64,000 nucleotides of DNA from a bacterium (GTDB lineage Bacteria > Sumerlaeota > Sumerlaeia > SLMS01 > JAHLLQ01): assembly GCA_020444065.1 (NCBI GenBank), contig JAHLLQ010000004.1:198662-262661 (forward strand), read 5' to 3'. Positions 8,550 through 17,793 of this stretch are shown here, piece by piece; the stretch's first letter is position 1; each line of letters opens with the position of its first letter. The position numbers and the translations under genes are program-made. Below the pieces are notes generated by a model. It ran no database searches and was not told where the DNA came from. It saw only the letters and a program-made list of their open reading frames with translations.

Positions 8550-9992
8550 TCAGGATTTCTTCCAGATCGTGCCGCCGGGACGGTCTTCCAGGGCAATACC
8601 CAGGTCGCCCAATCGATCCCGAACCATATCGGCGAGTGCGTACTGTTTATCCTGACGCGCGCGCGCGCGTATGTCGATCAGAAGTTGCAGCAGATCCTCC
8701 TCAAGACCGGCGATCTGCTCCTCCTCAGGCTCCAGTTCGCACGTCACGCCGAGGACTTCGCGAAAGACGCCCAGCAGGGCCGTTGCGCCGGCCAGGAACG
8801 CCTTTTCATCGGTCTCGCCGCGTTCCACTCGGGCGCGTTCGCTGTTCACAATCGTAACAAGATCGAACAGGACGGCCAGGGCCTGCGCCGTGTTGAAATC
8901 GTCGTCCATCGCGGCGGCGAAGCGCTTCTCGACCTCGACCAACTGCTCGTGGTTCTCCCACTCCTCGGGCTCTGGCAAATCGCCGAGCAAGTGTAGCGCC
9001 TCGCGATACGCATCGCTGTATCGAGTCGAGGCCTTCTGGGCTGCTTCCAGGTTGTCCACCGTGAAGTCCAGCTCCGTCCCGTAGTGCGCCGAGATCAGGA
9101 AGTGGCGCAGCGTAATAGGATCGAACTTCTCAAGCAATGCATCGATCGTCTTGAAGTTTTTCAGCGACTTCGACATCTTCTCGCCATCGATGTTCAGGAA
9201 GCCGTTGTGAACCCAATAGCGCACGAACGGATGCCCCGTGTGGCATTCGCTCTGCGCGATTTCGTTTTCGTGGTGTGGGAAGCGCAGATCCGCGCCGCCG
9301 GCGTGGATGTCGATTGTATCCGAACCCAGACATGCCATCGACATGACGGAACACTCGATGTGCCACCCGGGGCGCCCCTTGCCCCAGGGCGAATCCCACG
9401 CGGGCTCGCCGGGTTTCGCGGCTTTCCAAAGGCAGAAATCAAGCGGGCTGCGCTTCAGTTTCTGCTGACTTTCCAATACGCGTTCGCCCTGCCTCATGTC
9501 GTCGAGTTTCTTCCGCGACAGGCGACCGTACTCCTTGAAGGATCGAACGTCGAACCAGACCGAGCCGTCCTCGCTCGCGTACGCGTGATCTTTGTCGACC
9601 AGACTCTTGATCAGGCCGATCATCTGGCCGATGAATTCTGTCGCCTTCGGATGCCGCGTCGCGCGGCGCACGCCGAGCGCCTCTGCGTGCTCGAAGAACA
9701 ACTTCGTGTACTTCTCCGCGACCTCCTCGGCGGGAATGCCTTCTTCAGTAGCCCTAGCGATGATCTTATCGTCCACGTCCGTCAGGTTCTGCACGAAGTT
9801 TACATCATAGCCGCTGTACTCCAGCCAGCGCCGCATCACGTCGACGACAACGAAGTTGCGCGCATTGCCAATGTGAAACGGCCCATAGACAGTCGGCCCG
9901 CAATTGTAGAAGAGGACCTTCTTCCCCTCGGGATCGAGAGGAACGAATTCTTCCTTCTGGCGCGTCATGGAGTTGGTGATGCGAAGGGACAT
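8550..9992 (-). CDS. cysS: cysteine--tRNA ligase
   Basis: Track ORF 480 aa; class I motifs HIGN (FHIGNARN) and KMSKS; Cys-binding-like region GWHIECS. Confidence 0.95.
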   Translation of the reverse strand: MSLRITNSMTRQKEEFVPLDPEGKKVLFYNCGPTVYGPFHIGNARNFVVVDVMRRWLEYSGYDVNFVQNLTDVDDKIIARATEEGIPAEEVAEKYTKLFFEHAEALGVRRATRHPKATEFIGQMIGLIKSLVDKDHAYASEDGSVWFDVRSFKEYGRLSRKKLDDMRQGERVLESQQKLKRSPLDFCLWKAAKPGEPAWDSPWGKGRPGWHIECSVMSMACLGSDTIDIHAGGADLRFPHHENEIAQSECHTGHPFVRYWVHNGFLNIDGEKMSKSLKNFKTIDALLEKFDPITLRHFLISAHYGTELDFTVDNLEAAQKASTRYSDAYREALHLLGDLPEPEEWENHEQLVEVEKRFAAAMDDDFNTAQALAVLFDLVTIVNSERARVERGETDEKAFLAGATALLGVFREVLGVTCELEPEEEQIAGLEEDLLQLLIDIRARARQDKQYALADMVRDRLGDLGIALEDRPGGTIWKKS

Positions 9993-10038
9993 GGACGTCT
10001 CCTGGCGAAATCGATGTTTGTTTAAGAGAGGTTCTGAA

Positions 10039-10719
10039 TCAGGTGGCCAACTGCTCGACGGGGCTTTCGCGCACGACTGAACAGATCAGGCTCACGACGG
10101 TGTCCTCATCCAGGTCCGTCGTGTCGACCAATGTGGCGTCGTCCGCGATTCGCAAGGCGCCCCACTCGCGGCGCCGATCGCGTTCGTCCCGATCGATCAG
10201 ATTACGATAAATCTCTTCGTGCGGAACGGGCTTGCCCATTGCTTTCAACTGAGCCGCGCGTCGCTGCACGCGCACTTCGGGCGAACCGTCGAGGTAGATC
10301 TTCCACGCGGCATCCGGGAAAACGACCGTGCCGATATCGCGACCTTCGAGAACGCTCGATCGTTGCAGTCCGATGCGGCGCTGCTGATCGACCAAGGCCT
10401 CGCGCACATCGATGTTATCGGCCGCGCGGTGCACATTGCGTCCGACCTCTTCGTCGCGGATGGCCTGTGTGATTTCCTTCCCGTCCAGCCACACCGTTCC
10501 GTCATCGCGCAGTTCCAACGACAAATTCCGCGCCAGCGCGACCAGTCGATCGGTCGTCGCTTGCTCATCGGTCAACTGGAGGAAACTCCAGGCGACGGCG
10601 CGGTACATGGCGCCGGTATCGATGTGTCTGAAGTGGAGTTGTTCGGCGACGCGGCGCGCGACGGTGGATTTCCCGACCCCAACGGGGCCGTCGATAGCAA
10701 CAACTGGAGCCTTCTGCAC
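10039..10719 (-). CDS. cmk: cytidylate kinase
   Basis: Track ORF 226 aa; P-loop AIDGPVGVGKST; Cmk-like overall pattern. Confidence 0.9.
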   Translation of the reverse strand: MQKAPVVAIDGPVGVGKSTVARRVAEQLHFRHIDTGAMYRAVAWSFLQLTDEQATTDRLVALARNLSLELRDDGTVWLDGKEITQAIRDEEVGRNVHRAADNIDVREALVDQQRRIGLQRSSVLEGRDIGTVVFPDAAWKIYLDGSPEVRVQRRAAQLKAMGKPVPHEEIYRNLIDRDERDRRREWGALRIADDATLVDTTDLDEDTVVSLICSVVRESPVEQLAT

Positions 10720-10849
10720 TGTGAGCTGTCTCCCGGAATTTGGCGCGCGGCCGCCCGCGCCCGGACAACGGATTGCCTAGGCCACCGCGGGCCCGTCGGG
10801 CAAGGGAAGATACAGGAAGCAATGGGTTGGATATGGCGTGATCGAGCTG

Positions 10850-12319
10850 TCACGTCTTGCGGAACTTCGTCCCCAGCCGCATCAGCAAATCGTAAGTCTC
10901 GCGATCCCAGAAGCGCAGCGCCGCGCCGTAGAGCAGCGTGGGCACCGCGGCCAGCAGGAACGACACGATCTGGTGATCCGGCAGCAGCGCGCACAGGCCC
11001 CACAGAGCCAGTCCGAAGAGTCCCCACAGCGGGATGAAGCGCATCCACGAAAGGAAGAACTTCGTGTAGCCTGCCCGCAGCAGCCAGGCCAGCAGCCCGC
11101 CGTAGACGAGCCACATTGCAGCGGAGCACACCGCCAGGGCTGCTATTGCGGTCTCCACCCCTCGCGATGCTCCCCAGATCAGAGCGCCGGCTCGCACGAT
11201 CAGGTTCGCGCCGTTCCAGAACAGGCCGACCTCTGGCCGATCGCGCAGGACGTCCAGGCTCGAAATGGGCGAGAAGAGGCCCTGGAAGACCAGGTAGAGC
11301 GCCAACCACTTGAACATCGGGGCGGCGCTGTCTACCCAGTCCGCACCGAGGATCAGGTGGACCAGGATCGGGGCATAGAACGCCAACCCGAGCAGAACGA
11401 TCGGAATCGTGGCAGACGCTCCGCGGAGAGTCAGGAGAACCCGGCGTTGGAGCTCGTTCTCTTCCAGTCCCGCCAGCGCCGGGAAGGCGACTCGCCCGAT
11501 CGCGTGCACGAGAAGGAACATCGGCATCGCAATCAGTGCGTTGGCCATCGCGAAGACGCCCGCTGCCGCCTCGCCCACCAGCGCGCCAAGAATCAGCACC
11601 GGCGCCTGGGCGCCGCTCGCATTCAGAAGTTGATCCGCCGTGAAAACCGAGCAGAACCGTCGATGCTTGCCAACCAGGGCTCGAAACTCGCGCCACGCGG
11701 CACCAACCTGGAAGATTGTACCGAAGGATCGCCCCCGCCATAGGATCGCCACCTCGACGACGGCAGCCACCGCATACGCCGTGTAAAGCGCCGCCACGGA
11801 ATGCCACAGCAGGACCAGGGCGGCTCCGCCAAGCAGCGTCACGGCCGTGTTGCTGAACTCCGCCACGCCGATCCGCGCGAAGTTCAACTCCGCCACGTGC
11901 AGCGGCTTCACGTTCAGCTTCAGTGTTTCCAGAAAGACGATCAGCGGGAAGAACCAGAGCAGGTAACTGCTGTCGCCGAGGCCCATCCAGCCGGCGATGA
12001 CGCCGTGCCCCGCCCAGGCAACGATTGCGAGGATCGCGGCCCCGAGCATCAGGGCGCCGCGCAAGGCCCGCCCGTAGCGTTCGCGCTGCTCGGCCTCGCG
12101 CACGACCAACTGATCGAACCCGAGTGAAAGCGCCGCCCAGACCATCAGGTGGAGCGAAATGACCTGCCGATAAACACCCCATTCCGCTTCGCTGACCAGG
12201 CGCGCGATGATGGCCAGGCCGGCAATGCCGATCAGGCGCTGAGCGAATGTGAACGCCAGCACCCATCGGACGGCGGTGACGGGGGATCGACTCTTCATGC
12301 AGTTAGCTGGATGCAACAC
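10850..12319 (-). CDS. polysaccharide biosynthesis / oligosaccharide flippase-like (MOP superfamily) membrane protein
   Basis: Track ORF 489 aa, highly hydrophobic with many predicted TM helices; start either GTG at 12319 or ATG at 12298 (MKSRSPV...). The overlapping 564-aa ORF in another frame (10572..12266) has Arg/Gly/Ala-rich composition and is rejected. Confidence 0.65.
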   Translation of the reverse strand: MLHPANCMKSRSPVTAVRWVLAFTFAQRLIGIAGLAIIARLVSEAEWGVYRQVISLHLMVWAALSLGFDQLVVREAEQRERYGRALRGALMLGAAILAIVAWAGHGVIAGWMGLGDSSYLLWFFPLIVFLETLKLNVKPLHVAELNFARIGVAEFSNTAVTLLGGAALVLLWHSVAALYTAYAVAAVVEVAILWRGRSFGTIFQVGAAWREFRALVGKHRRFCSVFTADQLLNASGAQAPVLILGALVGEAAAGVFAMANALIAMPMFLLVHAIGRVAFPALAGLEENELQRRVLLTLRGASATIPIVLLGLAFYAPILVHLILGADWVDSAAPMFKWLALYLVFQGLFSPISSLDVLRDRPEVGLFWNGANLIVRAGALIWGASRGVETAIAALAVCSAAMWLVYGGLLAWLLRAGYTKFFLSWMRFIPLWGLFGLALWGLCALLPDHQIVSFLLAAVPTLLYGAALRFWDRETYDLLMRLGTKFRKT

Positions 12320-12366
12320 GCGAACACGGGCAAGGGGGATTGCCCGCTGCCGCTATTCGCTGCGCC

Positions 12367-13017
12367 TCATTCGAGGTATTCCCGAAACCACTGTCGAGCG
12401 TGCAGAATCACGTCTGCCAGTTTTCCGGGTTCCTCGAACAGGTGCCCGGCATCGGGAATAATCTCGAAGTGCTTGTGGCAGACAATGTGCTCCACGGCCG
12501 CCTCGTTCATGCGGATCACCGGAGTGTCATCGCCCCCGACGAGCAACAAGATCGGGGCGTGGATGCGACCGAGAGCTTCCTTGCCAGCGAGGTCCGGGCG
12601 CCCTCCGCGCGAGACGATGGCTTTGACAATTCCCGGATTCCAACTGGCCGCGACAATCGCCGCTGCGGCGCCGGTGCTGGCCCCGAAGTAGCCGATATTC
12701 AATTGATGCGTTTCGTCCTGGCGCGTCAGCCATTCGGTTGTTTCCGTCAAACGCGTCGCGAGGAGTCCAATATCGAAGCGATGCCGCCGTGTGCGTGCAT
12801 CGATTTCCTCCTCCTCCTTCGTCAGCATATCAAAGAGAAGAGTAGCGAGGCCGCTCTCGTTGAGATCCTCTGCAACAACCCGGTTCCGCCGACTGTTCCT
12901 GTTGCTGCCGCTGCCATGTGCAAACAGAACAATCCCCCTGGCCCTGGGCGGAATCTTCAGGATTCCTTTCAGTTCAGCAGAGCTTGTCTGAATCTCGACC
13001 AACCCTTCCTCGCTCAT
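12367..13017 (-). CDS. dienelactone hydrolase family alpha/beta hydrolase
   Basis: Track ORF 216 aa; nucleophile elbow GYFGASTGAAAA; DLH-like pattern (VLFAHGSGS, ...IPDAGHLF). Confidence 0.8.
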   Translation of the reverse strand: MSEEGLVEIQTSSAELKGILKIPPRARGIVLFAHGSGSNRNSRRNRVVAEDLNESGLATLLFDMLTKEEEEIDARTRRHRFDIGLLATRLTETTEWLTRQDETHQLNIGYFGASTGAAAAIVAASWNPGIVKAIVSRGGRPDLAGKEALGRIHAPILLLVGGDDTPVIRMNEAAVEHIVCHKHFEIIPDAGHLFEEPGKLADVILHARQWFREYLE

Positions 13018-13035
13018 AGTATCGTCCTTTCGTTC

Positions 13036-13719
13036 TTAGAATTCTGCAAGCAGCCGACGGACTTCCTCATCGTCGGTCTGCGTAAAATCCGAGTACCACG
13101 CACCAACGCCGCCGAACGGCGATGGTGTGCTCAGGCAGACGAAGTCCTCAGCTCGCTTCTCGAATGTTGACTTCGTATCCTCCGGCGCCACGGGCACCGC
13201 GACAATCGAGTGCGCAACTTTCAAGTCTTTCAGCGCAACCAGCGCACTCCACATCGAAGCACCCGTTGCAATCCCGTCGTCTACAAGAATCGAAGTTCTT
13301 CCCGCCAACATCATCGGTACGCGATCGCCGCGATACAGCGATTCCCGCCTCATGAGCTCGGCTTCTTCCCGCCGTGTTACTTGCTCGATCTCGCGATCGG
13401 CAATTGCCAGCGCCTCGATCACGTCGCTGTTCAGAACGCGCACGCCTCCCGTTGCGATCGCACCCATCGCCAACTCCTCACGCCCGGGCACGCCGAGCTT
13501 CCTGACAATAAAGACGTCGAGCGGAACGCCCAGGGCTTTGGCGATTTCATAGCCCACGGGAACGCCGCCGCGGGGCAGCGCCAGAACGATGACATCGTCC
13601 CGGCCCGCATAGGACGTGAGTTCCCGAGCCAGCAGCCGGCCCGCTTCTCTGCGGTCCGTGAAATGGAGGCCTTTTCCCCAGTAGGGCATTGCATTGATCC
13701 CGGTGCGAGTGGCGCCCAC
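13036..13719 (-). CDS. phosphoribosyltransferase (type I PRTase domain protein)
   Basis: Track ORF 227 aa; PRPP-binding motif ILVDDGIATGASM; start GTG 13719 or ATG 13689. Confidence 0.8.
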   Translation of the reverse strand: MGATRTGINAMPYWGKGLHFTDRREAGRLLARELTSYAGRDDVIVLALPRGGVPVGYEIAKALGVPLDVFIVRKLGVPGREELAMGAIATGGVRVLNSDVIEALAIADREIEQVTRREEAELMRRESLYRGDRVPMMLAGRTSILVDDGIATGASMWSALVALKDLKVAHSIVAVPVAPEDTKSTFEKRAEDFVCLSTPSPFGGVGAWYSDFTQTDDEEVRRLLAEF

Positions 13720-14320
13720 TCTCGAAGAGAAGGTCGATTGAACTCACAGTTGCACGGACGATCCCAGAGCTCAAGTCCTCACTGCACAGGATGTCCAGGA
13801 ATCGGATCATAGAAAGGCATGGTAGGGTCCATTCGGAGCAAAACGGCGTCGTTTGGACCGGTCAATCTTTAACAGCCGTGAAAACCGGCGGGCAAAGTGA
13901 GAGCGGAAATTCGAAGAGAAGTGATTTTCCATGCCAAGCGCCTTCGTTTTATCAAAATCCTGCGACGCGGCTTCTTGTCTTACTCAGTTTGAGCGCACCA
14001 AGACTTCATCGTGAAAGATTGATATAATTGGATTTGTGCTGTTTATTTACCGCTTGAGAAACCGCGGGCGAGCAAGCCCTTAACCAGAGGCCTGGGCACC
14101 CGGTTTTTATAAAACGTTTCATTGTATTTTTCCAAATTTTCGGAATTCGAAAGATTAATCGCGTTGCACGTTCGCACCGTTTTTGATTGAAGTGGTCCAA
14201 CGTCAATAAAGGCTTTGCCTGTCGGGGGGAAGCCCAAGTGACGAAATCCAAATTGTCCGAAAAGTCGAGCGTCGCACCGCACCGCATCGCCGGCTCAGAA
14301 GGGCAGAAGGGAAAGTCACC

Positions 14321-15736
14321 ATGAAGAAATTTAGTAAAGCTCTCGTTGCCGGCGCCGCACTCGCCCTCGCACTGCCGGCAGGCCTCCAGGCCGGTGTTAT
14401 GATGCAAGGCTTCTATTGGGACACCCCCAATGGTTGGTACAACACGATGAAGAACAACGCCTACAGTCTGCGCTACATGACTGGCGGCGAAGGCATCGAC
14501 CGCATGTACTTCCCGCCCCCGTCGAAATGCGCCGGCGGCGGCTACTCCATGGGCTACGACCCGCACGACTATTATGACGTTGGCCAGTACTATCAGCACG
14601 GCACAACCGCCACCCGTTTCGGAACGCAGGCTGAGTTGAAGGCCGCCACCTCCAAGTATCGCGGCTACGGCGTTGTGACGATGGCGGACATCGTCCTCAA
14701 CCACCGCAGTGGCGGTAACAGCGAATACAACCCCAACGCCGGCTACAACACCTGGACGAAGTTCAATAACCAGTCCTCCGGCATGTGCGTGTGGAACTAC
14801 AATGACTTCCACCCGTCGACCTTCGAATGGTCGGACGAAGGCGTTTTTGGTGGCTATCCGGACGTCTGCCACAACACTGGTTCTGCTCCAGGCCAGCCCT
14901 ACGGCGACTTGATCAGTTGGGGCAACTGGCTGAAGAACACCGGCAACGCCGGCTTCAACGGCGGATGGCGCTTCGACTACGTGAAGGGCTATCACCCGTG
15001 GATGTCCAAGGACTTCCGTTACAACACCGGCTACGGCATGGGCGTTGGCGAGTACTGGGATTCCAACACCAGCACGTTGAACTGGTGGGCCGGCTCTGCC
15101 GACTGCCAGGCGTTTGACTTCGCAGCCTACTACACGCTGAAAGATATCTGCACCAACACCGGCGGTGGCGGCTACATGCCAAACCTCGTCAATAGCAACA
15201 AGTCCTTCGCGGCCAAGAACAGCTATCGCGCCGTCGGATTCGTCGGGAACCACGACACCGACGAGATCTTCACCGACAAGATGCTGGCCTATGCTTACAC
15301 GATGACCTACAAGGGCTATCCCTGCATCTACTGGAAGGATTACTTCAACTACGGTCTTGCAACCCTTGGCGGCCAGTGGGGCAACGGCATCAAGCAGTTG
15401 ACCTGGGTTCGTAACAAGCTGGGCAACGGCGGACCGAACGTCCAGAACCTGAAGACCAACGATGGCAACCTGTTGATCTACGGCGACGCCGACGGCAACA
15501 GCAGCCACCCGGGCTTCATCATCGCGATCAACGACGACAGCTACTCCTGGCGCGGCTCCTGGGTCCAGACTTCGAATGGCAACCTGAAGAACAAGACCCT
15601 GAAGTGCTACGCCTGGTACTCGCCCAACAGCGGCCAGAACTATCAGCCCTCCAGCAAGTGGTGTAACAGCAGCGGCTGGGTCGAAGTTTGGGCACCGCCG
15701 CGCGGCTACGCCGTGTACGCGCCTAACGGGTACTGA
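14321..15736 (+). CDS. secreted alpha-amylase, glycoside hydrolase family 13
   Basis: Track ORF 471 aa; signal peptide MKKFSKALVAGAALALALPAGLQA; GH13 conserved regions DIVLNH, GWRFDYVKG, GEYWD, FVGNHD; Asn/Tyr/Trp/Gly-rich composition. Confidence 0.9.
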   Translation: MKKFSKALVAGAALALALPAGLQAGVMMQGFYWDTPNGWYNTMKNNAYSLRYMTGGEGIDRMYFPPPSKCAGGGYSMGYDPHDYYDVGQYYQHGTTATRFGTQAELKAATSKYRGYGVVTMADIVLNHRSGGNSEYNPNAGYNTWTKFNNQSSGMCVWNYNDFHPSTFEWSDEGVFGGYPDVCHNTGSAPGQPYGDLISWGNWLKNTGNAGFNGGWRFDYVKGYHPWMSKDFRYNTGYGMGVGEYWDSNTSTLNWWAGSADCQAFDFAAYYTLKDICTNTGGGGYMPNLVNSNKSFAAKNSYRAVGFVGNHDTDEIFTDKMLAYAYTMTYKGYPCIYWKDYFNYGLATLGGQWGNGIKQLTWVRNKLGNGGPNVQNLKTNDGNLLIYGDADGNSSHPGFIIAINDDSYSWRGSWVQTSNGNLKNKTLKCYAWYSPNSGQNYQPSSKWCNSSGWVEVWAPPRGYAVYAPNGY

Positions 15737-15796
15737 TCCGCAGGCTTGACTCATGGGGGGACGCTCGGATGCCTCGTTTGAGCGTGTCACCGTGAC

Positions 15797-15864
15797 GGGG
15801 GCTTCGGCGATAAAGTCCGTTCTTCGGGGGAAAGCGGACCTAGCCGAAGCCCCCTTTCTTTAAA
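15797..15864 (+). terminator. structured 3' element / probable intrinsic terminator downstream of amylase
   Basis: 12-bp stem GGGGGCTTCGGC / GCCGAAGCCCCC enclosing a 34-nt loop with an inner GTCCG/CGGAC pair, followed by TTTCTTTAAA. The long loop makes a simple terminator assignment uncertain. Confidence 0.5.
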
Positions 15865-16050
15865 GTCTGTCGGATCGCGCCACACCTCGGCGCCGGCCGG
15901 ATCGATCGCAAGATCGGTCCGGCCGAATTCCTTTTTTAGGCGAGGCATTGCCTCAAGCCACTTGGCCGCTCGCGCAACTCGCCGCAATGGAGCACACTCA
16001 CATGGTGCTTCTATTCAGCACTGCAAAGAATTGAAAGGGGAGAGGAGAGA

Positions 16051-17793
16051 CTACTCGTTGTCGCGCCGCAGCAGATCGACCATTGATTGATCAAGCAGGC
16101 TCAGTTGCTTTGGCTCGACGTAATAGGTGCGGCCGCCGGTGCGAACCAGCGGATCGCCATTGGCGTCGGCCAGTAGCTCGAACTGATAGATCACTTCATC
16201 GTCTGCATCGAGGAACTCGAGCTTCAGATTTGACGCCCCGGCATCACCGGAGACGAGTTCACTGTTCCATTCGAGTGCTTCTGCACGAGCGATGAACGTG
16301 TCTACCTTATCATCGGACACGACACGCGTTGCCTGGCCGGGGAAGGAGAGCTTCCACACGCCGGACTGTTTTGTGATTTCCACGGTGTTCTGTCCGGTCA
16401 GCAGGCGCACGTGTTCCGTACGATCGCCGAAGCCGGTCTGGATACGCCGCTCTTCCAGGTCGCGACGGAACTTATACAACTCATTCACCCGCTGGAAGTC
16501 GATTCCCCAGATCGTGTGATCTTGCAGGCGTTCTGCGTAGGCAATGCCCTCTGCCGTGTCGACTGTGCCGACGCGAAGGCCCTGGGCCTTGCCGTCTGCG
16601 CCCCACGCAATTAGCTCGAGGCTCGGCGAATCGAGTCCGTAGCGCCGCAGCGCCGCCCCGCCGATCGGGCGATCTGCGGCAAAACTCGTGGCGGCCTGCA
16701 GGAAGCTACTCAACTTCTCGGGGTTCATTTCAAGGTCCGGGAATTCCTCGAACTCCCAATTGCCCTCTTCGTTGCGCGCCATCGCCATCTCGGCGCGGCC
16801 AGAGCGCGTCTCGAGGCGCTGAATCTGCTCGGGAGTCAACCACAGGAAGCGCTTCGTGCTCCACTCCATCCGCGGGCGCAGGAAATCCGAGAACGTAGTC
16901 GAACGCAGCACGCCGATCGTGTCGTTCAGATTCGAGCGCGCAAAGAAATCTCCCTCGCCGGCCAGCTTGTTACCGACCTCCAATCGCTGTTTCTTGCCAT
17001 CGGCCAGTGCAATCTCCACCGTCAGCGTCGGCGATGTAAATCCAAGCGCTGCGGTCGACGTGGCCGGATCGTCCATCATCGCGACGGCGCGCGCCTGAGA
17101 GAGCGACGCCAACATGCGATCGACCATCTCGCCATCGGCCGGTGTGCGATCGTCGTCGAGTAACCACGGGAATTCTCCCTTGGTGTCTCTCTTCAGTTCA
17201 AATTGCTGGCGTTGACCGCCGATCGCGATTGTCTGAACATCGACCGGATCGAAACGCAGCAGCATCTTGTCGCGCAGCAGTTGCAGATCCTTCTGCGCCT
17301 GGTTGCGCACCCAATCGCCAACGGTGAAAACGTCGTCCGTTCCATCCACCATCGCATAAACGCGGCCCAACTGGCTGGCCTCTCTGCCGAAGAGCAGTCG
17401 AACCTTCTCGTCCTTGCCCGCGACGCTAGCCTGGACGGTCACGATCGGCATCGGATCGTCGAGGCCGTACGTCTCCAAGTCGTCCGGTCTGAAGGGGAGC
17501 GACTTCTTCGCTCCGCGGATGTTGTCGACGAGAGCCTTCACCTGTCCCACATCCGCCCGCATTTCCACGGGGGTCGTCACCCACCACTCGTCTCCGTCCC
17601 TCTTTTCCAGGCGATAGGTTCCCGATTCGTTTTCGAGCAGCACCATCGTCGCATCCATGAAATCGAACTCCATGATGCGCATCGCCTGGGCCTGCTGGAG
17701 ATTCTCTGTTCGCGTGCGATTGCGATCTGCCAGGAATGCGCCCAGCAGAAGCGCCGCCACGATCGCCGCGATGATCGGCTTGCGGAGGTTCAT
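16051..17793 (-). CDS. DUF4340-like protein, N-terminal TM anchor (last gene of the ABC/GldG operon)
   Basis: Track ORF 16051..17973; preferred start ATG 17793..17791 (MNLRKPIIAAIVAALLLGAFLA), which overlaps the GldG-like stop (ATGA). DUF4340 assignment is from context and general resemblance. Confidence 0.65.
   Translation of the reverse strand: MNLRKPIIAAIVAALLLGAFLADRNRTRTENLQQAQAMRIMEFDFMDATMVLLENESGTYRLEKRDGDEWWVTTPVEMRADVGQVKALVDNIRGAKKSLPFRPDDLETYGLDDPMPIVTVQASVAGKDEKVRLLFGREASQLGRVYAMVDGTDDVFTVGDWVRNQAQKDLQLLRDKMLLRFDPVDVQTIAIGGQRQQFELKRDTKGEFPWLLDDDRTPADGEMVDRMLASLSQARAVAMMDDPATSTAALGFTSPTLTVEIALADGKKQRLEVGNKLAGEGDFFARSNLNDTIGVLRSTTFSDFLRPRMEWSTKRFLWLTPEQIQRLETRSGRAEMAMARNEEGNWEFEEFPDLEMNPEKLSSFLQAATSFAADRPIGGAALRRYGLDSPSLELIAWGADGKAQGLRVGTVDTAEGIAYAERLQDHTIWGIDFQRVNELYKFRRDLEERRIQTGFGDRTEHVRLLTGQNTVEITKQSGVWKLSFPGQATRVVSDDKVDTFIARAEALEWNSELVSGDAGASNLKLEFLDADDEVIYQFELLADANGDPLVRTGGRTYYVEPKQLSLLDQSMVDLLRRDNE

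Noticed and set aside
10572-12266. 564-aa minus-strand ORF overlapping the flippase-like gene in another frame
   Set aside because: Arg/Gly/Pro-rich composition with no domain resemblance; the alternative frame encodes a coherent polytopic membrane protein.
13791-14282. Two small ORFs (78 aa plus, 79 aa minus) inside the AT-rich leader upstream of amylase
   Set aside because: No RBS, no recognisable domains; more likely chance ORFs in a regulatory region, although a small protein cannot be excluded.
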